A stretch of 64,000 nt of DNA from a bacterium (GTDB taxonomy: Bacteria; Patescibacteriota; Saccharimonadia; CAILAD01; GCA-016700035), in NCBI GenBank assembly GCA_016700035.1, contig CP064998.1, positions 727,551 to 791,550 on the forward strand. The letters run 5' to 3'. Made by a program: the position numbers and the translations under genes. Position 1 is the stretch's first letter, and each line of letters opens with the position of its first letter. The notes below the pieces were generated by a model that saw only the letters and a program-made list of their open reading frames with translations, was not told the DNA's origin and searched no databases. Shown in pieces: positions 18,672-27,906 of the stretch.

Positions 18672-18842
18672 CTCATGCAGGCCTACATTGACGGCTCAAG
18701 CTACAACCTTACTTCCCCCGCTGCGGGCCACTGGAGTTTGACTCAGAGCTCGGCTACGGCTGCGTGGACCGTGCTCCTCGGTAATGGCTACACGACTGGC
18801 ACCCTTAAACCGGATACCTACTATGTCCGTTGCGTCCGGTAC
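18672..18842 (+). repeat. VR-like cassette 4 (plus strand). It shares the ccc gct gcg 5' junction and the cggtacagg 3' flank with the TR.
   Basis: It encodes MQAYIDGSSYNLTSPAAGHWSLTQSSATAAWTVLLGNGYTTGTLKPDTYYVRCVRY. Most differences from the TR are at A positions, with a few at non-A positions. Confidence 0.65.
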
Positions 18843-18998
18843 AGGCCGCTTTTCTTTTTATTGAGCCCGATTAAGATATGTCAGAAACTTAGGCATTTAA
18901 TCTTCCAAGGCTAAACCAAAAAACTGAACCACTAAAAAAGAGCATAGTATCGACAAAAAGCTCAACGGCAGCTCTCAATGTTTTAGATTTACTCTCCA

Positions 18999-19167
18999 CT
19001 CATGCAGGCCTACATTGACGGCTCAAGCTACAACCTTACTTCCACCGCTGCGGCCCACTGGAGTTTGACTCAGAACTCGGTATCGAATGCGTGGTTCATG
19101 AACCTTAGTCTTGGCACCACGGATGCCATCGGTAAGACGAATACCCGCTCTGTCCGTTGCGTCCGGT
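18999..19167 (+). repeat. VR-like cassette 5 (plus strand), immediately upstream of the RT gene.
   Basis: It encodes MQAYIDGSSYNLTSTAAAHWSLTQNSVSNAWFMNLSLGTTDAIGKTNTRSVRCVRY. It belongs to the agt ttg act subfamily together with cassettes 2 to 4. Confidence 0.65.
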
Positions 19168-19225
19168 ATCGAACTATTGGTTTGTATGGGGTAGATTTAT
19201 GCTGTAGGTCTCGTACACTTTAGAT

Positions 19226-20341
19226 ATGGATACGTACTTCACGTTTGCAAACTTGCACCAGGCCTATTTAGATTGTAAAAAATACAAAAATCAAACTTTT
19301 TATCATCAAAAATTTGCCTACGACCTCGAGAAAAACCTGTCTAAGTTGGAACTCGATCTTGTAAATCGCACCTACCGGCCTGAACGTTCGATTGCCTTTG
19401 TGGTGACACAACCAAAAATTCGTGAAATTTTTGCGGCCGACTTCCGAGATCGTGTCATTCACCACTTGTTGTATAACTACTTGGCACCAGTGTTTGAACC
19501 ACGTTTTATCTATGATTCGTGGGCCTGCCGTCCGGCAAAAGGCACCCATGGGGCAATGCTGCGCTTGCAGCAATTTACTCGGAAAGTAAGTCAGAATCGC
19601 CGTTCTCGTGATTGTTACTACCTCAAGATGGACATAAAAAGCTTCTTTACCAGTATCGATAAACACATTCTGTACCAGCTGGTTGAACGCCGAGTCAAAA
19701 ACAAGGAAATCCGCTGGCTAGCACACGTTAACATCTTCCATGACTGTGCTCGTGACATCCCGCCACGTATCCAGAGTGCACCAACTCTTTTTGATAGTCT
19801 CCCACTAGACAAATCGCTGTTTACCGTCGAACCAGGCAAGGGGCTACCAATTGGCAATCTAACGTCGCAGTTCTTTGCCAATGTTTACCTACATGAACTG
19901 GATGCCTTTGTGAAGCACCACTTAAAAGCCAGGTACTACGTCCGCTACGTCGATGATTTCGTGATAGTACATGAGGACCAAACAGTGCTCGAACGCTACA
20001 AGCAGGAAATTACCGAGTTTGTCTGGCAGCGCCTGCGCTTAAAGGTTCACCCTGGCAAAGTGTTTATCCGCCCGATTAGCGACGGCATTGACTTTGTTGG
20101 CTACGTGGTACGCCCCGACTATATTTTAATCCGTCGGCGGGTCGTCGGTGAGTGGCGTAGGCGTATGGAGCAGGCCGCTACTCCTGACCAGCAGCAGACA
20201 ATTTACCACTCCTACCAAGCCCATGCCCGCTGGGCTGATTCACATAAACTACAGCGGGTCATGCGCAAACGATTACCAGATGTAGAAACAGTATATTCCA
20301 ATCCACCAATGAGCCTGAACGAGCCAGTACGAACTAGCTAG
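19226..20341 (+). CDS. DGR reverse transcriptase (371 aa).
   Basis: RT motif 4 appears in the DGR-specific form PIGNLTSQFFANVYL. Catalytic YVDD is present (VRYVDDFVIV). Gene order is Avd, TR, then RT. Confidence 0.85.
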   Translation: MDTYFTFANLHQAYLDCKKYKNQTFYHQKFAYDLEKNLSKLELDLVNRTYRPERSIAFVVTQPKIREIFAADFRDRVIHHLLYNYLAPVFEPRFIYDSWACRPAKGTHGAMLRLQQFTRKVSQNRRSRDCYYLKMDIKSFFTSIDKHILYQLVERRVKNKEIRWLAHVNIFHDCARDIPPRIQSAPTLFDSLPLDKSLFTVEPGKGLPIGNLTSQFFANVYLHELDAFVKHHLKARYYVRYVDDFVIVHEDQTVLERYKQEITEFVWQRLRLKVHPGKVFIRPISDGIDFVGYVVRPDYILIRRRVVGEWRRRMEQAATPDQQQTIYHSYQAHARWADSHKLQRVMRKRLPDVETVYSNPPMSLNEPVRTS

Positions 20342-21585
20342 CGTTTAGTTGTAAAGATTGTTTGAAACAGTCTGTCTTTGGCTTGTTGCATAGCAACTGC
20401 CCAAGCTGTATCGCTCTCAGCATACGCTATGGTATCCATCTGCGTAAAGCTAATACCTGGCTTGAGATAGGTTTCAGCTTTTGGCAGTGACTTTAGTTTC
20501 TCATACGGTACCATATAGCCCTTGGCTGGGTAGTGGTATGTACGCTTGCCAGTCTTTGTATCAACCTCGGTTTCTCGGTAACCGCAGGGTCTGTGGAAAT
20601 TGAGGTAGGGCACAAACCAATCACGGTACCAATCGTTAATCTCGGGTGCGTGTTCTCTAGGTATGTGGGCATAGCCTAATGCCTTACGGATAATACTGCC
20701 ATTCTTGGTCTCCACTAGGCCATTATCTCCACTCTGGTAGGCTCGTGACTTACTGAGTTTAATCAACATGGTCTTGAGCAGAACAGCAACCTGCTTGTTG
20801 ATGTACTCTGAGCCATTGTCAGCATGGAACTCGGTAAGCTGAAATGGGAATAGCGCAAGAGCTACTTCAAGTGCTGGTAGCATATAGCGTTCAGTGATCC
20901 GTTCTACTGCCACTACTACCTCCCACTGAGTGACCTCATCTACTAGGTTTATGTGGTACACCCCTTTCTGTTTGTCCATATCTCCTTGGTGTACTGTATC
21001 CACCCTAATGTAACCAGGACGGCCTTCAGGTCTTGGCTTTCGTCGCTCACCAATGGCTACGGCTGTAGCTTGGGTGCGTGTAAATGTTAGAGACTGGTTA
21101 CGGTAACCGATGCTACTACGTAGGTTGTAGATATGACTGACAGAAATACCCGCCAATCGCTGGTAACGTTCATCACCAAACCGTACATAGGCCCGAATAC
21201 AGAGCTCCCGAGCAGCTTTGCCACTCAGCCGATCATGAACATTGTCAACTTCAGCCAAGGCAGTACAATCCTCGGCTGTGTAGCGTAAAGCAAACTGATT
21301 ACGGCTATTGGTAGGTTCAAGGCGAAGCTGTCCGTTCTTAGCGTACTGGCTAATGAGCCGAGTAACCTGTGCTCGGCTGTAACCAGTCACTGCAATGGCA
21401 TAGGCTCGAACAATACCTTTGTCTGGTTTACTAAGTTTGAGATAGCTCTGCTGTACGAGTAGCTTTTGTAGCCACTCATAGGCCTCTATCTTACTGGTTG
21501 TTTTGCATTCCAGAGGACTAACAGCAGTGAACTGTCGCATCTCCTCCATGCTTGTGGTTACTGAAGCGTACATAGTGATAGTCAT
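20338..21585 (-). CDS. DDE transposase/integrase with an rve core, IS481-like family (415 aa). Its stop overlaps the RT stop.
   Basis: An N-terminal HTH-like region, then a catalytic core with ...HADNGSEYINKQ...LSKSRAYQSGDNGLVE.... This is the typical IS481/ISNCY rve-domain pattern. Confidence 0.65.
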   Translation of the reverse strand: MTITMYASVTTSMEEMRQFTAVSPLECKTTSKIEAYEWLQKLLVQQSYLKLSKPDKGIVRAYAIAVTGYSRAQVTRLISQYAKNGQLRLEPTNSRNQFALRYTAEDCTALAEVDNVHDRLSGKAARELCIRAYVRFGDERYQRLAGISVSHIYNLRSSIGYRNQSLTFTRTQATAVAIGERRKPRPEGRPGYIRVDTVHQGDMDKQKGVYHINLVDEVTQWEVVVAVERITERYMLPALEVALALFPFQLTEFHADNGSEYINKQVAVLLKTMLIKLSKSRAYQSGDNGLVETKNGSIIRKALGYAHIPREHAPEINDWYRDWFVPYLNFHRPCGYRETEVDTKTGKRTYHYPAKGYMVPYEKLKSLPKAETYLKPGISFTQMDTIAYAESDTAWAVAMQQAKDRLFQTIFTTKR

Positions 21586-21683
21586 ACCTCCATGCTAGAT
21601 CAGTTCGACCCTTCAGGCTCATACTGTTTTAGAACCCGATGCCTTGTTCAGGCTCATTTTGCTTTGGATAAGAGTGAAACTGT

Positions 21684-24600
21684 ATGATTAATTCTTCTTA
21701 TGGTACACTGAAAGACAAGGATTTTAAGCAAAGTATGTCTCAGGGTAAATTATATCGGTTCCACATTGGTCAAATCATACAAGCGCTGCGACAAGATGTA
21801 ATCGCACTCCTCAAGAAACTCGCAAAGCAGCCCAGTGTACGGTGGGTCAGAAACAAATTTCATAAGCTACACGTCCGCACCACCCAAAAAGTACATCACC
21901 ATACGACCAAGAAGTTACACGACCAGCTTTACCAGCGGGTTTCACTCTACGCTCGTCACTGGGAGTGGCGCTACCGTAAACATTTCCACGCTATTACAGT
22001 GTCACTGGTTGTTCTTGTGGTGGCCTTTAGCCTTGTCGCCAGCCATAAGCGGGCGTTGGCTAGCAGTGACATGCCGGTTACCGGCTACATAGCTGTTATG
22101 AATACCAACGAGAAAATCTACTTTGGCGGTGATCATGGCAGCAGCGTTACCCTAGATAACTTCACCCGCCAGATGGATGGTCATGCCTGGAGCCAAGATA
22201 TTGGCTGGGTTTCTTTTGGTACTGAGAGTAATCCTCAGGGACCAGTCACGGCTGGGGCTGATGGCGTTTTAAGCGGCAAGGCCAAAGCCCTCAACGTTGG
22301 TACGATCGACTTTGATGACTTTGGGTCGCATGTCGTGGTGTCTGATGGTCAGTTTTCGGGTTATGCCTGGAGTAATGACTTAGGCTGGCTGGATTTCAGC
22401 CATCTTGAAGCAGCCGGCTACGACCCTGATCTCGACCTGCCAGTCAACGCCAGCGATATTAACATCTACAAGAGTGATGGCGGTGCCAGCGTCGCTGAAA
22501 ACGGCTGGAATAATACTAATGGCTTCTTTACCTGGGAGCCCGCCACTGATGAATCTGGCGGTTCTGGTATCTTAGGCTACTGTTTGTATCTTGGCCAAGA
22601 CGAGAATGGTGACCCCGCCAGCAACAAAGGACTGCTTGGTAGTTCACCACTCAACACTAGCGGCAGCTGTCCGTTTGCGGTCCAAGATGCTCAAGTCAAT
22701 CTAGCCACGGCCGGTTATATCGCAACCGCTATGACTACCTCGGATGAACCATATTACCTGCGGATTAAAGCTATAGATAACGCCAAGAACATCTACGACG
22801 GTGAAGCAGCTGGTACCCATTTCCGCTATGACAATACGCCGCCAACCAATCCGGCCTTTATTACTGCTCCATCCCAGTTTGTGGCTTCCAAGAATGTCAC
22901 CTTGACCTGGCCAACCTCTGGCGGTGATGCAGCCCAAGATGCTAACTCAGGTATTAAAGGGCTTCAGTATCGGATTGGTAATAGCGGCACCTGGTACGGT
23001 GATGGCCACAGCGGCAGTCAGAACATCAGCGACCTGCTAGTCAACGATGGTAGTTACACGACCGTTGACCCCATTGATTACGACCAACTGCAAGAGGGCA
23101 ACAACATTGTGGCTTTCCGTACCTACGATGAAGCCGGTAACATTTCAATCGCTAATATTACGACGGTGATTAAGCTCAACACCAGTTCACCGTCAGCGCC
23201 GCAGAACTTGTCAGCCTCACCACCAACTAACACCGTCAACAGCTTCTCGTTTAACTGGTTAGCACCAGCCAGTTTCCAAGGTTCAGTTAGTGCCATTAGC
23301 TACTGTTACACGATTAACGTCGCTCCAACCAGCAGCAACTGTAGCTTTACCGCCCCAGGCGTTACCAGCCTGTCAGCTGGCCCATATGCGACTCAGCCAG
23401 GCAGTAACACCATATACGTGGTCGCTCGTGACGAAGCTGGCAACATTAACTACGCCACCGCCGCCACTGAGACATTCTCAGCCAACACCTCAGCCCCTGG
23501 CGTACCACTCAATGTCGATGTCGCTGATATCAGTGTTAAGAACACCAGCAACTGGAAGCTAACGGTTGCCTGGGAACCACCAACCAATGTCGGTGCTGGG
23601 GTCAGCAGCTACCGAGTGCTGCGCTCGACTGACAACAGTAGCTTTACTCAAGTTGCTACCACTGCCGGTACTAGCTATGTCGATACGGGCTTAAGCCAAA
23701 TCGCCTACTACTACAAGATTCAGGCTTGTGATAGTGCCAATAACTGTGGAGCTGCCAGCGCAACTGCTAGTCAAACACCAACTGGGCGCTTTACCACGCC
23801 AGCTGGCCTGGTTTCCAGCCCATCCGTCACCGTCAAATCCCGCTCAGCTCGTATTACGTGGGCAACAGATCGTAATAGCGACAGTCGTATTCAGCTCGGT
23901 ACTAGCTCCGGCAGCTACTTTGACGCTGAGACTGCCAAGTCCAACCAGACCAAGAACCATGTGATTGAGTTGAATAACCTTGAGGCTGATACTCAGTACT
24001 TCTACAAAGCTCGCTGGACAGATGAGGACGGCAACACTGGTAGCAGCAGCGAACTGGTCTTTAAGACGTTGCCAGCTCCAACCGTCAAAGATGTATCGAC
24101 CAGGCGGATTAACTTAAGCTCGGCAATTGTCCAGTTCACCTCCAAAGACGCTGTTCGGGTAAAAGTCTACTACGGTCCCAACGAGAGCTTTGGTGGTGTT
24201 ACGACCGTCAATACTTCCACCAGTGAATCTGCCTATACCGTCGAACTGGCCGGACTGAGTGACGGCACTAAATATTTCTACAAGATTAATACTATTGACT
24301 CTGACGGCAACGAGTACAATAGCAACCGAATTGACAGCTTCGTGACTCCTGCCCGACCACGGATTACCAATGTCCAGTTCCAACCGGTGACTGGTCAGCC
24401 TACTAGCACCCAGAAAATAACCTGGGAAACCAATGTGGCCTCCACTTCATTGATTCGCTACAAGACCAATGGTGAACCCCAGAAAGAAGTCAGTAACTCT
24501 GAGTTAACCCGCAACCACAGCATCACGATTGAGGGACTACTGGATGATAGTGTCTACAGCTTAACTGCCGAGTCACGGGACAGTTTAGGTAATCTGGCAA

Positions 24601-25004
24601 CCTCCGACGCTCAAACTTTCCGGACCGAACTTGATACTCGCTCACCAGAAGTCAGCCGACTAAAGGTAGAAACATCGATTCGAGGAGTTGGCAGTGACGC
24701 TCGAGGCCAGCTGATCGTGTCCTGGCGGACTGACGAACCAGCCACCAGCCAAGTTGCCTATGACAAGGGTGCCTCTGGCACGAACTACGCCTCCAGTACG
24801 GCCGAGGATGGGGCTTTGACCACCGAACACATGGTTATTATCTCTGATCTCGATACTTCCCAGGTTTTCCACTTGCAAGCCATTTCACGAGATAAAAGCG
24901 GCAACAGCGGTAAGAGTGATGACCGAGCAGCCATTATTGGTCAACCAAGTGATAGCGTCATCGATATTATCCTAGGCACGTTGGAGAGGATATTTGGCCT
25001 ATGA
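21684..25004 (+). CDS. Giant surface-protein paralogue (1106 aa): basic His/Lys-rich leader, TM helix, then Fn3-like repeats. The C-terminal ~1000 aa are collinear with ORF 19..4761.
   Basis: Blocks shared with ORF 19..4761 include GLLGSSP.NT.G.C.FAV..., YDNTPPTNPAFITAPSQFVASKNVTLTWPTSGGDA and the C-terminal SDSVIDIILGTLERIFGL. The leader is ...KLHVRTTQKVHHHTTKKLHDQ... followed by a TM helix. Confidence 0.7.
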   Translation: MINSSYGTLKDKDFKQSMSQGKLYRFHIGQIIQALRQDVIALLKKLAKQPSVRWVRNKFHKLHVRTTQKVHHHTTKKLHDQLYQRVSLYARHWEWRYRKHFHAITVSLVVLVVAFSLVASHKRALASSDMPVTGYIAVMNTNEKIYFGGDHGSSVTLDNFTRQMDGHAWSQDIGWVSFGTESNPQGPVTAGADGVLSGKAKALNVGTIDFDDFGSHVVVSDGQFSGYAWSNDLGWLDFSHLEAAGYDPDLDLPVNASDINIYKSDGGASVAENGWNNTNGFFTWEPATDESGGSGILGYCLYLGQDENGDPASNKGLLGSSPLNTSGSCPFAVQDAQVNLATAGYIATAMTTSDEPYYLRIKAIDNAKNIYDGEAAGTHFRYDNTPPTNPAFITAPSQFVASKNVTLTWPTSGGDAAQDANSGIKGLQYRIGNSGTWYGDGHSGSQNISDLLVNDGSYTTVDPIDYDQLQEGNNIVAFRTYDEAGNISIANITTVIKLNTSSPSAPQNLSASPPTNTVNSFSFNWLAPASFQGSVSAISYCYTINVAPTSSNCSFTAPGVTSLSAGPYATQPGSNTIYVVARDEAGNINYATAATETFSANTSAPGVPLNVDVADISVKNTSNWKLTVAWEPPTNVGAGVSSYRVLRSTDNSSFTQVATTAGTSYVDTGLSQIAYYYKIQACDSANNCGAASATASQTPTGRFTTPAGLVSSPSVTVKSRSARITWATDRNSDSRIQLGTSSGSYFDAETAKSNQTKNHVIELNNLEADTQYFYKARWTDEDGNTGSSSELVFKTLPAPTVKDVSTRRINLSSAIVQFTSKDAVRVKVYYGPNESFGGVTTVNTSTSESAYTVELAGLSDGTKYFYKINTIDSDGNEYNSNRIDSFVTPARPRITNVQFQPVTGQPTSTQKITWETNVASTSLIRYKTNGEPQKEVSNSELTRNHSITIEGLLDDSVYSLTAESRDSLGNLATSDAQTFRTELDTRSPEVSRLKVETSIRGVGSDARGQLIVSWRTDEPATSQVAYDKGASGTNYASSTAEDGALTTEHMVIISDLDTSQVFHLQAISRDKSGNSGKSDDRAAIIGQPSDSVIDIILGTLERIFGL

Positions 25005-26953
25005 GTCGCACCACCCCACCACTGATTGAGGCCAACCACGTCAGTAAAGATTTTGTGCTCAACAACCAAAATCTGAACGTCTTAAAAGACATTAGCTTCA
25101 ACGTGCCAGATGGTAGTTTCACAATTATTCATGGTCCATCGGGCAGCGGTAAGACTACTCTGCTTAACACCATTACTGGTATGGAAGCGCCAACCTCTGG
25201 GGTAGTTAAGTACGAAGGCAAAGATATCTATGAACTCAGTGAGAGTGAACTAGCTCATTTTCGGGCTAAGACCATGGGTATCGTCTACCAGTCCAACTAC
25301 TGGGTGCCATCGCTCAACATCCTGGAAAATGTTGCCTTGCCGCTCTATTTCTTAGGCTATGACCGGGCCAACGCTGAACGTGAAGCCCAAGAGTCGCTGC
25401 GTCGAGTTGGCATGGAAGAACACAAGCACACGCTGCCAATCCTGCTATCTGGTGGTGAGCAGCAGCGAGTGGCAATGGCTCGGGCGCTGGTCAGTAATCC
25501 AAACTATATCGTGGCTGATGAGCCAACCGGCAATCTAGACAGTAAAAACGGTGACAATATTATTGCGCTGCTGCAATACTTCCACCAAAAGCTCGACCGC
25601 ACGATTATTTTAGTCACCCATAACGAAAGCTACTTGAAATACGGCACTCAGGTACTCAGCCTCAAAGATGGCAAGATTGAAGAATCTACCTCAAAGAGAC
25701 CGAAACAGGCCACCAGCACCGCCCTACCAACTAACTCGGCCAAGTTTATGTCGGTGATTCAAAACCTCAAGCCAATTAAGTTACGCATGTTGACCCATAT
25801 GGCGCTGGCCAACCTAAAGTTTAAGCGTTTCCGAAGCAGCCTGACGATTTTAGGTGTCACCATTGGTATTGGCTCCGTCTTTTTGCTGTTGTCGTTTGGC
25901 CTGGGGTTGCAATCGCTCGTCCAAAAGCAGATTATTGGCACCGATTCAGTCAAGGTGATCAATGTGTCCAGTGCCAACTCAGAACTGCTGAAGCTGGATG
26001 ATACGGCTCTAGGGCGTTTTAATAACATCGGTGGTATTGAGAAGATTGGGAAACAGAATACATCAGCTGGGGCGTTTAAGATAGATTCAGCCAATTCGGA
26101 TGCCGTAGTTTACGGAGTAGATAAGAACTTCCTGGAGCTCAGTAACGTTAACCTCGCAGCTGGCAAGCAACTCAATCCGGATTCATCGAGTGAGTTGCTT
26201 ATAACCAAGTCACTGCTGAATTCAATGGGCTACGAAGATGCCAACAAAGCCCTCCAAAAACAAGTCAGTGTAAGTTTGAAGCTGGATGATGGTGAGAAGT
26301 CATTCGATCAGGCCTTTACGATTGTCGGCGTGATTGACGCTGGTAACAGTTCAGCCCTCTACATTCCGCAAGCCGACTTCTCGGCCATTGGCGTGAAAGA
26401 ATACAAACAGGTTAAAGTAGTCGCTCGAGACCAAAATGATGTAGGCACTATCCGCCAACAGCTAGAGACATTTGGCTACCAAACCTCCTCACCCCTCGAT
26501 ACCCTAGCCCAGGTCAACCGCTTCTTTAACTTCTTTAACGTGATTCTAGTCGGCTTTGGTGGCATTGGTATGTTTATTGCCGTAATTGGTATGGTCAATA
26601 CCTTAACTATTGCACTGGTGGAACGAACCAAAGAGATTGGCCTGATGATTGCTCTAGGCGCTCGCCGTCAAGACATGCGTCGACTGTTCATTACCGAATC
26701 GCTTCTCTTGTCACTCATCGGTGGCTTCATTGGGGTAATTGCGGCTATCGGCTTTGGCGCAGTGATTAATGAACTCCTGAAATACGTGTCAGCTCGTCGT
26801 GGTATTACCGAGAGTTTCTCACTATTTGCCACACCGATCTGGCTAATTCTACTGACTATCGGTTTTATGTGCGGAGTTGGCTATGTAGTTTCTTATCTTC
26901 CAGCCAGACGAGCAGGACGCATCAACCCGATTGACGCTCTGCGGCGGGAGTAA
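25001..26953 (+). CDS. MacB-type ABC transporter: a fused N-terminal ATPase and C-terminal FtsX-family permease (650 aa). Translationally coupled to the giant protein (ATGA overlap).
   Basis: Walker A GPSGSGKTTLLN. ABC signature LSGGEQQRVAMARAL. Walker B IVADEPTGNLD. Then one TM, a large extracytoplasmic domain and three C-terminal TM helices, which is FtsX-like. Confidence 0.75.
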   Translation: MSRTTPPLIEANHVSKDFVLNNQNLNVLKDISFNVPDGSFTIIHGPSGSGKTTLLNTITGMEAPTSGVVKYEGKDIYELSESELAHFRAKTMGIVYQSNYWVPSLNILENVALPLYFLGYDRANAEREAQESLRRVGMEEHKHTLPILLSGGEQQRVAMARALVSNPNYIVADEPTGNLDSKNGDNIIALLQYFHQKLDRTIILVTHNESYLKYGTQVLSLKDGKIEESTSKRPKQATSTALPTNSAKFMSVIQNLKPIKLRMLTHMALANLKFKRFRSSLTILGVTIGIGSVFLLLSFGLGLQSLVQKQIIGTDSVKVINVSSANSELLKLDDTALGRFNNIGGIEKIGKQNTSAGAFKIDSANSDAVVYGVDKNFLELSNVNLAAGKQLNPDSSSELLITKSLLNSMGYEDANKALQKQVSVSLKLDDGEKSFDQAFTIVGVIDAGNSSALYIPQADFSAIGVKEYKQVKVVARDQNDVGTIRQQLETFGYQTSSPLDTLAQVNRFFNFFNVILVGFGGIGMFIAVIGMVNTLTIALVERTKEIGLMIALGARRQDMRRLFITESLLLSLIGGFIGVIAAIGFGAVINELLKYVSARRGITESFSLFATPIWLILLTIGFMCGVGYVVSYLPARRAGRINPIDALRRE

Positions 26954-27090
26954 CATCAAGGATAAATTAAAAGAGACTTCCGTCCTCTCGCAAGTGATGT
27001 GACGCAAGCCTCTTATGCTGCTAAGTATACACTAGCTTCCGGCTGGGCATAAGGACCGGAATAAAGAAATCCACTTGCTTTGGACCTACT

Positions 27091-27906
27091 TTAGATATCG
27101 ACGAGTGTCATTAGCTCATCATCGTCCAGAGCTGTCCAGATCAGGGCTTCACTATCCATGTTATGTAGTGCTTTTTTGGTTGTGGTATAGACCTCCAGTT
27201 CTTCATCTGGTTCAAGGTGACTAATGACACCTTTGACGATACGGCGTATCATACGCTCCACACTGGCAGTTTCAGCAATGAACAAGAGTTTTGGTGGTTC
27301 TGTATTTGTAGCCTCCCAGCCGCCAGTATCAAAGAAGTTGATGTAGGCAGCTATACGCTGGAATAAGGGGCGTTTTTCTTGGGCGGCTGGTACCACATCA
27401 AGAAAGAAGCGCTTAGTGGTGTCTTTGATAGTCATTGATATAAAGGCATCGGGCGGCAGCTCGGGAAAGTAAGTAAATCGGCTCATGTCACGGCGCAGGT
27501 AGGCTTTGAGTTCAGGGTAGCGGGATTTGAGGGCTACAACGGCTGAAAAGACGTCTATATGATGAGTAATGGTGGGTTCTTTCAGGGATTTATCACGGTA
27601 GCTGGCTTTGATGACTTTCTCAGTAATGTAATCATGCTTGGGCAGACTGGCCAAGAAACGCAGACCTTTGGGTGTTAGAAAGTAGGCTGCTGGTAGGCCC
27701 CTAATCTTCGATTGGTTGTCTAGTTTGCTGCCCACTAACTCGTGTTTTATAAGGACCGAGAGCTTTTTATATAACGTGCTGTCATTTATTTGCAAGACTC
27801 TAGCAAGTAATACCCGACTACCAAACCGATATTTATACAGAACTTCTAATATGTCTATTTGACTTGGCTTTATGGCTGATCGACCATCTATCTTCTTCAT
27901 TATCAC
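27091..27906 (-). CDS. Winged-helix DNA-binding protein, possibly replication-relaxation family (element maintenance/replication), 271 aa.
   Basis: N-terminal wHTH-like segment SQIDILEVLYKYRFGSRVLLARVLQINDSTLYKKLSVLIKHELV. Assignment is tentative. Confidence 0.3.
   Translation of the reverse strand: MIMKKIDGRSAIKPSQIDILEVLYKYRFGSRVLLARVLQINDSTLYKKLSVLIKHELVGSKLDNQSKIRGLPAAYFLTPKGLRFLASLPKHDYITEKVIKASYRDKSLKEPTITHHIDVFSAVVALKSRYPELKAYLRRDMSRFTYFPELPPDAFISMTIKDTTKRFFLDVVPAAQEKRPLFQRIAAYINFFDTGGWEATNTEPPKLLFIAETASVERMIRRIVKGVISHLEPDEELEVYTTTKKALHNMDSEALIWTALDDDELMTLVDI

Noticed and set aside
18999-19223. Cassette 5, directly abutting the RT, considered as the TR
   Set aside because: Differences between it and the other cassettes include many non-A positions. 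It is also not Asn-codon-rich, whereas the 18479-18601 copy is Asn-rich and explains VR1 purely by A-substitutions. Cassette 5 is therefore a VR-type cassette and not the template.
27091-27906. ORF 27091..27906 as a tyrosine integrase or relaxase
   Set aside because: No R...HxxR...Y tyrosine-recombinase pattern and no HUH plus Tyr relaxase motifs. It is kept only as a wHTH, possibly replication-relaxation, protein.
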